From NCBI GenBank assembly GCA_900617105.1, contig UYFQ01000001.1:4030001-4094000 (forward strand): 64,000 nt of DNA. Reading direction: 5' to 3'. Under the pieces are notes generated by a model. The model was not told where the DNA came from and made no database searches. It saw only the letters and a list, made by a program, of their open reading frames with translations. This document shows, piece after piece, positions 20,592-29,212 of this stretch (position 1 is the first letter of the stretch; the number at the start of each line of letters is the position of its first letter). The stretch comes from Hydrurus foetidus (lineage: Eukaryota). A program made the position numbers and the translations under genes.

Positions 20592-20732
20592 GGCACTCCA
20601 ATAAATTCATTTTCCGGGCGAATTGCCGCGTTGCGTGGTGCTCGCAATCCTCATGCACTCAAGTGCATTCCGGTGTGCTGTGCTCCAGGCGCCTTGCACT
20701 TCATCCCGGAAAATTGAATTTCTAGAAGTGCC
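20592..20732. mobile_element. MITE-like 141-bp element with about 27-bp terminal inverted repeats
   Basis: Left end ggcactccaataaattcattttccggg; reverse complement of right end ggcacttctagaaattcaattttccggg; no credible internal gene. Confidence 0.72.
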
Positions 20733-20746
20733 AAAACGCGCCGAAA

Positions 20747-21928
20747 TTAGCCGAGGACGACCTGCGCAACGATGTTTCGCTGCACTTCGTTGCTGCCGCC
20801 GTAAATTGTGGTTTTGCGCATGTTGAAGTAGCTGGACGCCAATGGCGCGCAGTGCGTGCCTGCGCCGGGGTAGTCGCCTTGCCAGCCAGCCTGCATGGCT
20901 TCTTCAATAAATGGCAAGCTGAAAGGGCCAGCGGCCAGCATCATCAGCTCGGTGTAGCGCTGCTGAATTTCGCTGCCGCGAATTTTCAGCAGGCCAGCAA
21001 TATCCAGCGAGCTTTTGCCCGTATCTTCAGCTGACAGCACGCGCAGCACCATCATTTCTAGCGCTACTACATCGACTTCAAGCTTGGCGATTTCGTCTTT
21101 AAAGCGTATATCGTCATACACGCCTTCAGTTTTGGCGATGCGTTTTAGCCGCTCCAGCTCGCGCTTGGCGCGGTTCACGTCGGCGATGTTGGTGCGCTCG
21201 TTGCCCAGCAAAAACTTGGCGTAGGTCCAGCCCTTGTTTTCTTCGCCAATCAGGTTTTCAGCCGGCACTTCTACGTTGTCAAACCACACTTCGTTGACCT
21301 CAGCCTCGCCATCGAGCAGCACGATGGGCCGCACGCTCACGCCGGGTGACTTCATGTCGATGAGCAAAAACGAAATGCCGGTTTGCGGCTTGCCGTCGCT
21401 CGATGTGCGCACCAGGCAAAAAATCCATTCGCCGTATTGGCCCAATGTGGTCCAGGTTTTTTGACCGTTGACAATGAACTTGTCGCCCACACGCTCGGCC
21501 TTGCATTTGAGTGACGCCAGGTCGGAGCCCGAACCCGGCTCGCTGTAGCCTTGGGACCACCACACATCGCCACTGGCAATACCCGGCAAAAAGCGCTGTT
21601 GCTGCTCAGCATTGCCAAACGCCATGATGACGGGCGCCACCATCACAGGGCCAAACGGCACCACGCGCGGCGCACCGGCCAGCGCGCATTCTTCTTCAAA
21701 CAAATGCTTTTCAATCGCGTTCCAGCCCGGGCCGCCAAACTGTTTTGGCCAGTTATGACCCAGCCAGCCTTTTTTGCCCAAAATTTGCGCCCAGCGCTGC
21801 ATGTCGTCACGCGTCAAGCGGAGCGAGGTGTGCACTTTTTTCGAAATATCGGCAGGCAAATTGCTGTGCACCCAGCCGCGGACTTGTTCGCGAAAGGTTT
21901 GTTCTTCAGGCGTAAAGGCTAAATCCAT
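20747..21928 (-). CDS. Acyl-CoA dehydrogenase family protein (PimC-like subunit)
   Basis: WWSQGYSEPGSGSDLASL, NGQKTWTT, TIYGGSNEVQRNI. Confidence 0.92.
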   Translation of the reverse strand: MDLAFTPEEQTFREQVRGWVHSNLPADISKKVHTSLRLTRDDMQRWAQILGKKGWLGHNWPKQFGGPGWNAIEKHLFEEECALAGAPRVVPFGPVMVAPVIMAFGNAEQQQRFLPGIASGDVWWSQGYSEPGSGSDLASLKCKAERVGDKFIVNGQKTWTTLGQYGEWIFCLVRTSSDGKPQTGISFLLIDMKSPGVSVRPIVLLDGEAEVNEVWFDNVEVPAENLIGEENKGWTYAKFLLGNERTNIADVNRAKRELERLKRIAKTEGVYDDIRFKDEIAKLEVDVVALEMMVLRVLSAEDTGKSSLDIAGLLKIRGSEIQQRYTELMMLAAGPFSLPFIEEAMQAGWQGDYPGAGTHCAPLASSYFNMRKTTIYGGSNEVQRNIVAQVVLG

Positions 21929-21991
21929 GGGTAACTCCGGTTAAGCGCTGTTTTTAGCACGATTGTGCTTTTTGGGTTGTCAATGCCGGGA

Positions 21992-22678
21992 CTAATCCGC
22001 TGCGGATTGCAGAGAAATGCCGAGCTGTTCAGCAATGCTGCTAATTTGTTCGCGCAGGGCGGTGTTTTCGGTTTTCAAGCGTGCCAGCGAATTTTCAAGC
22101 GTGGTGACGCGTGCCGTTAAATCAGAAGCCTCGCTAGCTGCCGGTGCGTTGGCCATCAGCGCCTCCCTATCAGGCTCGCCGCACAGCAAATGGTGCCAGC
22201 GCTGCTCTCTGGCGCCGGGCATGCGCGGAAGCTTTTGAACAGTTGCCTGGCCGCCGCCGTCGCCGCGTGCCTGCAGCTCATTCAACACCGCTTCAACAGC
22301 TGCTGCGTCGGCAAACTTGGTCCAGCGCTCGCCATTGCTGCGCAGCTCGGCGGGGGTTTGCGGGCCGCGCAGCATGAGCAGCCCCAGCACCACGGCCTGG
22401 TCTTCATCGACGGCCATGGCGCGCCGAAAGTTGTGCTCAAAGCGGGGTACGCGGCTGGAACTTGCTTCAAACACCAAGCTGAGTGCCTTCAGGCTGGCAA
22501 TGGCGGCGCTCGCCTCGTCGGCAGTGACTTCCATCAGCGGCTCGCGGCTGGTTTTTTGGTTGCAGCCCAGCACCAAGGCGTTCAGGCTCAAGGGATAGCT
22601 GTCGGGCACGGTACGGGCTTTTTCCATCAGCGTGGCCAGCACTCTGGCTTCAATCGGGGCCAGGGTTCGCAGGGTCAT
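21992..22678 (-). CDS. YceH/DUF480 family protein
   Basis: EARVLATLMEKARTVPDSYPLSLNAL..CNQKTSREP, LMLRGPQTPAELR. Confidence 0.88.
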   Translation of the reverse strand: MTLRTLAPIEARVLATLMEKARTVPDSYPLSLNALVLGCNQKTSREPLMEVTADEASAAIASLKALSLVFEASSSRVPRFEHNFRRAMAVDEDQAVVLGLLMLRGPQTPAELRSNGERWTKFADAAAVEAVLNELQARGDGGGQATVQKLPRMPGAREQRWHHLLCGEPDREALMANAPAASEASDLTARVTTLENSLARLKTENTALREQISSIAEQLGISLQSAAD

Positions 22679-22711
22679 AAAATTGCACGTATGGCAGGTA
22701 ACGGGAACTCA

Positions 22712-23329
22712 GTGAAAAACATCGTGATTTTAATTTCGGGCGGCGGCTCAAACATGCAGGCGATTGTGCAGGCTGCAGCCGTTGAAGGCTGGAAAGATAA
22801 ATTCGGCGCACGTGTTGCCTGCGTGGTCAGCAATCGGCCCGATGCAGAAGGCTTGAGCACTGCAGCCGCGCTGGGTGTGGCTTGCGAGGTGGTTGACCAT
22901 AAATTATTTGCCACCAGGGCAGCGTTTGATGCGGCGTTGGCCGAACGGCTGGACGCTTATCAACCCGCGCTTGTCGTGCTGGCCGGGTTCATGCGAATTT
23001 TGACGCCGGATTTTGTGGCGCGTTACGCCGGGCGGCTGATCAATATTCACCCTTCGTTGCTGCCCGCTTTTACGGGCTTGAATACTCATCAGCGGGCGAT
23101 TGATGCGGGCTGCAAAGTGGCGGGCGCGACGGTGCACAGGGTGACAGCAGAGTTAGACCACGGCACGATTTTGGCCCAGGCTGAAGTGCCTGTTTTGCCG
23201 GGCGACACGGCAGCCATCTTGGCCGCAAGAGTGCTGCTGCAAGAGCATTTGATCTACCCGCGCGCCATCAGGGCGCTGCTGGAAAAACCGCAATTGCAAC
23301 ATGGTGAAACGGTGCTGAATCCAAACTGA
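22712..23329 (+). CDS. purN: Phosphoribosylglycinamide formyltransferase
   Basis: ILISGGGSNMQA, LAGFMRIL, NIHPSLLP, GATVHRVTAELDHG; GTG start (ATG at 22691 possible). Confidence 0.95.
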   Translation: MKNIVILISGGGSNMQAIVQAAAVEGWKDKFGARVACVVSNRPDAEGLSTAAALGVACEVVDHKLFATRAAFDAALAERLDAYQPALVVLAGFMRILTPDFVARYAGRLINIHPSLLPAFTGLNTHQRAIDAGCKVAGATVHRVTAELDHGTILAQAEVPVLPGDTAAILAARVLLQEHLIYPRAIRALLEKPQLQHGETVLNPN

Positions 23330-23342
23330 AAAGCAAAGCGTA
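23316..23342 (+). promoter_or_regulatory. Putative ECF sigma promoter of the fasciclin gene
   Basis: TGAATCC-N16-CGTA about 105 bp upstream of the ATG; ECF-like layout, assignment is inference. Confidence 0.45.
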
Positions 23343-23447
23343 TTGAGAACAGCCGCTTGGAAATTGAGGGTGATTTCGTTTTTGAAATCACAGCAAGTTC
23401 CCGGTTTTGTTTTTAATTCAATTTAGCCTTAACTTTTAGGATTCACC

Positions 23448-24002
23448 ATGAAATTTTCACGTAATCTCGCCTCCGTTTCGATGGCCGTCATGCTCAGCCT
23501 GGGCGCAGCATCGTCGTTCGCACAAGTCATGGTTGGCGGTGCGCCTATGCTGGCGTCTAAAGACATTATTGACAACGCCGTCAACTCCAAAGACCACACC
23601 ACGCTGGTGGCGGCCGTCAAGGCGGCTGGCTTGGTCGACACCCTGAAAAGCGCCGGCCCGTTCACGGTGTTTGCGCCGACCAATGCAGCGTTTGCTGCGC
23701 TGCCAGCCGGTACGGTAGACACGCTGCTCAAGCCCGAAAACAAAGCCATGCTGAGCGGCATCCTGACGTACCACGTGGTGGCAGGCAAGATGGACGCCGC
23801 TTCATTGGGCAAGGCCATCATGGATGGCGGCGGCAAAGCCACGTTAAAAACCGTTGCAGGCGGCAGCCTGACTGCGATGACGTCTGGCGGTAAGGTGATG
23901 GTGATGGACGAAAAAGGCGGCTCATCAACCGTCACGATTGCAGACGTTTACCAGTCGAACGGCGTGATTCACGTGGTCGACAAGGTACTGCTGCCCAAGT
24001 AA
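23448..24002 (+). CDS. Secreted fasciclin (FAS1) domain protein
   Basis: Signal peptide; GPFTVFAPTNAAF, ILTYHVV, NGVIHVVDKVLLP. Confidence 0.95.
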   Translation: MKFSRNLASVSMAVMLSLGAASSFAQVMVGGAPMLASKDIIDNAVNSKDHTTLVAAVKAAGLVDTLKSAGPFTVFAPTNAAFAALPAGTVDTLLKPENKAMLSGILTYHVVAGKMDAASLGKAIMDGGGKATLKTVAGGSLTAMTSGGKVMVMDEKGGSSTVTIADVYQSNGVIHVVDKVLLPK

Positions 24003-24010
24003 ATTCTTGT

Positions 24011-24108
24011 TCCTTCCCGTCCGGTGGAAAGGCCGGGCTGGGGCACGCACATTGCGCAGTACTTGTCGGCGCTTGGCCCCACCCCCCCCGAAACGAAAGG
24101 GGAGGGAG
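24011..24108. repeat. Degenerate GC-rich REP doublet between convergent genes
   Basis: tccttccc..ggaaaggccgggctggggc ... gccccacccccccc..ggggagggag; resembles the ileS insert arms in the opposite arrangement. Confidence 0.6.
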
Positions 24109-26769
24109 TCAAGACAACTGATGCAACGCGGCTTTCACGATGCTCGCTGCATCCACTTTAAAAAACGCACGCAACGCGGCGCGCGTGTCGCTGCGGCCGA
24201 AGCCGTCGGTGCCGAGCGTGGCGTAGCGGCGGCCTTCGGGCAGCCAGGCACGAATGCTTTCTGGCACGGCGCGAACGTAGTCGGTGGCGGCAATGATCGG
24301 GCCTTGGCTTTGCTGCAACTGTCGGGTAATAAATGCCTGGCCTGCATCAAAGTTGGCCATGCCGTCCCTTGCCAGCTCGCTCCAGCTGGTCACGCTGAAA
24401 ACGGTGACTTCAATGTCCATGGCTTGCAATTGATCTGCGGCTTTAATGACCTCTGTCAATATTGCGCCAGACCCCATCAAAGTGACTTTTTGAGCCGTTT
24501 TTGAGGGGGTTTTAGCGATTTTACCCAATAAATTTGCGCGCGAGCAGCTCATTAATTTATAGCAACCACGAATGATGTCTGCCGCACTCCCGGCGACAAA
24601 ATCGGGCTGGGCGTAGTTCTCGTTCATCATCGTGATGTAGTAAAAAACGTCGAGCTGCTCCACCATCATTTCGCGCATGCCGTGGTCGATGATGACGGCC
24701 AGCTCGCACGCAAAAGCGGGGTCGTAGGCCTTGCAGTTGGGAATGGTGGCGGCTATTAAATGGCTGGTGCCGTCCTGGTGCTGCAGTCCTTCGCCGCTTA
24801 ATGTGGTGCGCCCTGAAGTAGCGCCCAACAAAAACCCGCGAACCCGCTGGTCAGCCGCCGCCCAGATCTGGTCGCCCACGCGTTGAAAGCCAAACATCGA
24901 GTAATAAATATAAAACGGCAGCATGGCCAGGCCGTGCACGCTGTAGCTGGTGGCCGCCGCTGTCCAGCTGGCGAGTGCGCCTGCCTCGCTGATGCCTTCT
25001 TCCAGAATTTGCCCATCGGTTGCCTCGCGGTATGAGAGGACTGAGCCAATGTCTTCTGGCGCATAACGCTGGCCAACGCTTGAATAAATGCCGACCTGTT
25101 TGAACAAGTTGGCCATTCCAAAGGTGCGCGCCTCGTCGGCCACGATGGGCACAATTCTGGGCCCCAGCTCGGCTTCTTTCAGCAGGCCGCCCAGCATGCG
25201 CACAAAGGCCATGGTGGTGCTCATTTCTTTGCCGTCGGCCTTCAATGCAAACGCAGCGTAAGCGCTCAAGGCGGGGATGTTGATGCTGCTTGCCGTGGTG
25301 TCGCGCTTGGGCAAATAGCCACCCAGCGCGGCGCGCTTGGCGTGCAGGTATTGCATTTCAGGGCTGTTGGCATCTGGCTTGTAAAAGTCAATTCGCCTGG
25401 CCTGCTCGTCAGTCAAAGGTAAATTAAAGCGGTTTCTAAAACCCAGCAAATCAGTTTCATCAAACTTTTTTTGCGAATGCGTGGTCATCTTGCCCTGGCC
25501 TGCGCTGCCCATGCCATAACCCTTTTTGGTGTGCGCCAAAATCACGGTGGGCTGGCCTTTGTGGGCGGCGGCAGCGGCATAGGCGGCGTGGATTTTGACC
25601 AGGTCATGGCCGCCGCGTTTTAGGCGGTCAATCTGCTCGTCTGTCATGCCCTGCGCCAAGTGCGCCAGCTCGGGGTTTTGGCCAAAGAAGTTGTCGCGGT
25701 TAAAGCGGCCGTCTTTGGCGGCAAAGGTTTGCATTTGGCCATCAACGGTGTTGGCAAACGCTTTGGCGAGTGCGCTGGTGGTGTCGCGTGCAAACAGGCC
25801 GTCCCAGTCACTGCCCCAGACCAGTTTGATGACGTTCCAGCCTGCGCCTAAAAACAAGCGCTCAAGCTCGTCGATGATGCGGCCGTTGCCGCGCACCGGG
25901 CCGTCGAGCCGCTGCAAATTGCAATTGACCACCCACACCAGGTTGTCCAAGTTTTCACGCGCGGCCAGCGTGAGTGCGCTCATCGATTCGGGCTCGTCCA
26001 TTTCGCCGTCGCCGAATACGCCCCACACTTTTCGCGCTGAGCAATCAAGCAAACGCCGGTGCGACAGGTAGCGCATAAAGCGCGCGTGGTAAATCGAGCT
26101 GATGGGCCCAATGCCCATGGAGCCGGTGGGGAACTGCCAAAAATCGGGCATCAAATACGGGTGCGGGTAGCTGCACAGGCCGAGTGCGTTGTGATTCGGG
26201 GCGGTCAGCTCTTGCCGGTAAAAGCTCAGGTCTTGCTCAGTCAAGCGGCCTTCGAGGTAAGCGCGTGCATACACGCCAGGGGCACTGTGTGGCTGAAAAA
26301 ACACCAGGTCGCCTCTATGCTGACCATCGGCCAAGCCTTCGCGAGCATGAAAAAAGTGGTTGAACCCGGTTTCAAACAAATCAGCCGCGCTGGCGTAGCT
26401 GGCAATGTGCCCGCCCAACTCGGTGGAGCCGCCTGTCTCCAACTGGTTGGCTTTGACCACCATGGCCAATGCGTTCCAGCGCATCAGTGCGGCAATGCGT
26501 TCTTCTATGGCTAAATCGCCGGGGAAGGGCGGTTGCTCGTCGACATGAATCGTGTTGACGTAGGGCGTACACAACTCGGGCTGCCAGCCAATGCGCCGGG
26601 CGCGTGCGCTGCGGCTTAAGGCGTCTAGCAGCTGCCGGGCTCTGGCGGGGCCGTGTGTGGCGGCAAGTGCTTCAAACGCGTCTAGCCATTCGGCGGTTTC
26701 CTGCGGGTCCGGGTCGGTATTGATGTCTGGATTGAGGTTTGGATTGAGGTGTAAAGCGCCGTTGTGCAT
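24109..26769 (-). CDS. mdeB: Homodimeric 2-oxoacid dehydrogenase E1 (AceE paralog, MdeB-like)
   Basis: GGHIASYAS, TGSMGIGP, ThDP motif GDGEMDEPES..NCNLQRLDGPV, GTDGFGRSD; divergent Lrp gene, no E2/E3 genes adjacent. Confidence 0.8.
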   Translation of the reverse strand: MHNGALHLNPNLNPDINTDPDPQETAEWLDAFEALAATHGPARARQLLDALSRSARARRIGWQPELCTPYVNTIHVDEQPPFPGDLAIEERIAALMRWNALAMVVKANQLETGGSTELGGHIASYASAADLFETGFNHFFHAREGLADGQHRGDLVFFQPHSAPGVYARAYLEGRLTEQDLSFYRQELTAPNHNALGLCSYPHPYLMPDFWQFPTGSMGIGPISSIYHARFMRYLSHRRLLDCSARKVWGVFGDGEMDEPESMSALTLAARENLDNLVWVVNCNLQRLDGPVRGNGRIIDELERLFLGAGWNVIKLVWGSDWDGLFARDTTSALAKAFANTVDGQMQTFAAKDGRFNRDNFFGQNPELAHLAQGMTDEQIDRLKRGGHDLVKIHAAYAAAAAHKGQPTVILAHTKKGYGMGSAGQGKMTTHSQKKFDETDLLGFRNRFNLPLTDEQARRIDFYKPDANSPEMQYLHAKRAALGGYLPKRDTTASSINIPALSAYAAFALKADGKEMSTTMAFVRMLGGLLKEAELGPRIVPIVADEARTFGMANLFKQVGIYSSVGQRYAPEDIGSVLSYREATDGQILEEGISEAGALASWTAAATSYSVHGLAMLPFYIYYSMFGFQRVGDQIWAAADQRVRGFLLGATSGRTTLSGEGLQHQDGTSHLIAATIPNCKAYDPAFACELAVIIDHGMREMMVEQLDVFYYITMMNENYAQPDFVAGSAADIIRGCYKLMSCSRANLLGKIAKTPSKTAQKVTLMGSGAILTEVIKAADQLQAMDIEVTVFSVTSWSELARDGMANFDAGQAFITRQLQQSQGPIIAATDYVRAVPESIRAWLPEGRRYATLGTDGFGRSDTRAALRAFFKVDAASIVKAALHQLS
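24523..24563 (-). repeat. 41-bp element copy 10 (inside mdeB-like CDS, sense)
   Basis: Reverse complement: gcta taaattaat gagc tgctcgc gcgc aaatttatt gggt. Confidence 0.85.
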
Positions 26770-26837
26770 TTGAGCTTGAGGTTACGTAATTTCATGCCAA
26801 AGGTGCTGCCGTAATGTGGTGACAAATTGCATTTAAT

Positions 26838-26852
26838 CAGCATAAAATGCTG
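26838..26852. promoter_or_regulatory. Putative Lrp-type operator
   Basis: 15-bp palindrome CAGCATAAAATGCTG resembling the Lrp consensus YAGHAWATTWTDCTR, in the mdeB/lrp divergent gap. Confidence 0.55.
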
Positions 26853-26874
26853 TTAGTGCTAAATTTAGTAGCGT

Positions 26875-27366
26875 ATGCAGCTTGATTCAATCGATTTAAA
26901 GATTCTTAACGAATTGCAGCGCAACGGTGCCCTGTCCAACGTTGAGCTGGCCCGACGCGTGCATTTAAGCCCGTCGCCGTGCCTGGCGCGGGTCAAGGCA
27001 ATGGAGGCGGCCAAGGTCATTGACCGCTATGTGGCGATTGCCAATGCGGCGGCGCTGGGGCTGGGCTTGAGTGTGTTTATTTCCATCAGCCTTCGCAGCC
27101 AAAACAAAGATGCGTTGGCAGAGTTTGAACGCCGAATCGCCGAGCACGACGAGGTGATGGAGTGCTATCTGATGACCGGCGACAGTGACTATTTGATTCG
27201 CGTGGCGGTGGCCGACATAGGCGCACTCGAAAAATTTATTTTGAACCAGCTCACGCCAATACCCGGCATTGAAAAAATTCGCTCCAGCTTTGCACTCAAG
27301 CAGGTGCGCTACAAAACGGCGTTGCCACTGCCACTGCCACTGCCATTGCCATTGCCATTGCCCTGA
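26875..27366 (+). CDS. Lrp/AsnC family transcriptional regulator
   Basis: LDSIDLKILNELQRNGALSNVELARRVHLSPSPCLARVK, ECYLMTGDSDYL. Confidence 0.95.
   Translation: MQLDSIDLKILNELQRNGALSNVELARRVHLSPSPCLARVKAMEAAKVIDRYVAIANAAALGLGLSVFISISLRSQNKDALAEFERRIAEHDEVMECYLMTGDSDYLIRVAVADIGALEKFILNQLTPIPGIEKIRSSFALKQVRYKTALPLPLPLPLPLPLP
27322..27363 (+). repeat. Hexamer microsatellite (YTGCCA)7 encoding a (LP)7 tail
   Basis: ttgcca ctgcca ctgcca ctgcca ttgcca ttgcca ttgccc. Confidence 0.9.
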
Positions 27367-27419
27367 GCTTTGCGACAAGCTTCGCGGCAGCGTTCACCAG
27401 CTTTATGGTCAAGTCAAAT

Positions 27420-27460
27420 GCTATGTTTAGCATAGCTGCTCGCGCCTGTTTTCATTGGGC
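27420..27460 (+). repeat. 41-bp element copy 11 (intergenic)
   Basis: gcta tgtttagca tagc tgctcgc gcct gttttcatt gggc. Confidence 0.9.
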
Positions 27461-27897
27461 TACAGGCATTATTTACTCTATTTTTTGAAGACGACCAGCA
27501 GCAGGTCGTCGGGTTTGGGGGCATTGAAAGCAGTCCAGCCACGCCGCACAGCTGTTTTCGCCGTCCGCCATCGCAGGCACCCAACTGCAACAGTTGGTAC
27601 CAAACGTAGTGGCCGCAGCGGGCGTGTTTAGCCACGCACCACCCCAGCGATGAGAACCGCTGACAGCACAAAACGTGTGACTGCTGGTTACATTATTTTA
27701 TTAAAATGTGCACATTGCACATTTAAAGTCCGGTGATGAATTGCAACGCTTACTTCATAGCAACAGCGCCTCGCCATTTGGTTGGCACGCCGCTCAAGCC
27801 ACGGGTTCGCCTGCAGTTCTTTTCCAGCCCCTGACCCCCGGGTCAAACCGTTAGTTTTCCAAGACAAATTTTCACTCACCCTCAACGAAAGAAAACC

Positions 27898-29133
27898 ATG
27901 AAAAACGCAAAACCAGACATCTCGAATGCAGCTAAAAAAGGCATTACCCGCCGCGAAGGCTTAACCTTGACGCTGCTGAGCAGCGCTTTGGTGCTGGCCG
28001 GTTGCGGCGGTGGCGGGGGCGGCACAACCGCATCAGCCGGTGGCGCGGCAGGCACCGGCGGCACAGGCGCAGCTGGGGGGTCGTCGGCAACAGGCGCCAT
28101 CACTGGCTTTGGCTCAATCATCGTTGGTGGCGTCCGCTTTGACGACTCGGCCGCCAGCGTGCAAGATGATGACGGCGTCAGCATGAACAGCGGCGATCTG
28201 AAACTGGGCATGGTCGTCAAGATCAAGGGCGAAAAGAAAACCGACGACGGCATCAGCATCCGTGCAAAAGCCAACAGCGTTGAAGTGCGCAGCGAACTCC
28301 AGGGCCCGGTCGACTCCAAGACTGCCGACTCGATAGTGGTGCTTGGGCAAACCGTGAAGATTTCAGCCTCAACCTTTTTTGAAGATGGCTTGAGCCTTGC
28401 CACCCTTGTGGTCGGCGCGGTGGTGGAAGTACACGGCTTTGTCGACCCGGTCAACAACGCCCTGACCGCTACCCGAATTGAAAGCAAACCAAACGCCAAA
28501 GTCTTCAAACTGCAAGGCGCTATCAAGGCACTGAACACCGCCGCCAAAACGTTCAGCATTGGCACCGTGACCATCAGCTACCTGACTGCGGAAGTGCCTG
28601 CGAGCCTTATTCTGGCAAACGACTTGGTCGTGCGGGTGCGTCTGGCAACGACACCGCTTGCGGGCACCCGCACCGCTTTGAAAATTCGCAAAGTCGAGAT
28701 CGAAAACGAAGATCGCAACGAAGCCGAGGTCGAGGGCATCATCACGGCGTTCACCTCGTCTAGCAAGTTCAGCGTGAACGGATTGCCGGTTGACGCCAGC
28801 AACGCTGCGTTTGAAGGCGGTACGGCGGGCGTTGTGTTGGGTGCACGGGTCGAAGTCGAGGGCAGCGTTGTGAACGGCGTGCTGGTCGCCAAGAAGGTCG
28901 AAGTAGAGGGCGGCGAGGAAGCCGCGAAGTTTGAGCTGCACGGCACCATCAGTTTGCTGAACACAACCGCTAAAACGTTTGTGCTGCGCGGCCTGACGGT
29001 GGACTATGGCTCGGCCACCTTCGCTGCGGGCGTGACTGCTTTGACGCTCGCCAACGGCCTGAACCTGGAGGTCAAGGGCAGGCGCTCAGTCAGTAACGTG
29101 ATCGTAGCCACCCGCATTTTCCTGGAAAAATAG
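27898..29133 (+). CDS. DUF5666-like multi-repeat lipoprotein (Tat signal)
   Basis: TRREGL..LVLAGC signal, Gly linker, GAITGFGSIIVGGVRFD and about 5 repeats ending G..VEV.G...A..I. Confidence 0.8.
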   Translation: MKNAKPDISNAAKKGITRREGLTLTLLSSALVLAGCGGGGGGTTASAGGAAGTGGTGAAGGSSATGAITGFGSIIVGGVRFDDSAASVQDDDGVSMNSGDLKLGMVVKIKGEKKTDDGISIRAKANSVEVRSELQGPVDSKTADSIVVLGQTVKISASTFFEDGLSLATLVVGAVVEVHGFVDPVNNALTATRIESKPNAKVFKLQGAIKALNTAAKTFSIGTVTISYLTAEVPASLILANDLVVRVRLATTPLAGTRTALKIRKVEIENEDRNEAEVEGIITAFTSSSKFSVNGLPVDASNAAFEGGTAGVVLGARVEVEGSVVNGVLVAKKVEVEGGEEAAKFELHGTISLLNTTAKTFVLRGLTVDYGSATFAAGVTALTLANGLNLEVKGRRSVSNVIVATRIFLEK

Positions 29134-29212
29134 TTTTGCAGACCGGGCGGCTGCCAGCAAGTCATGCGGCCGCTCGCTGCCCACGCGCGTCACGCCTTTA
29201 TAGTTCTGCAGT

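Noticed and set aside
22190..22711. Long N-terminal extension of purN (379-aa ORF)
   Set aside because: It overlaps the yceH-like gene on the opposite strand; PurN homology begins at VKNIVILISG.
27882..28574. 230-aa antisense ORF and similar shadow ORFs (4479-5192, 11294-12046, 37034-37714, 57061-57738)
   Set aside because: They lie opposite or within well-supported genes, which is expected in GC-rich coding DNA.
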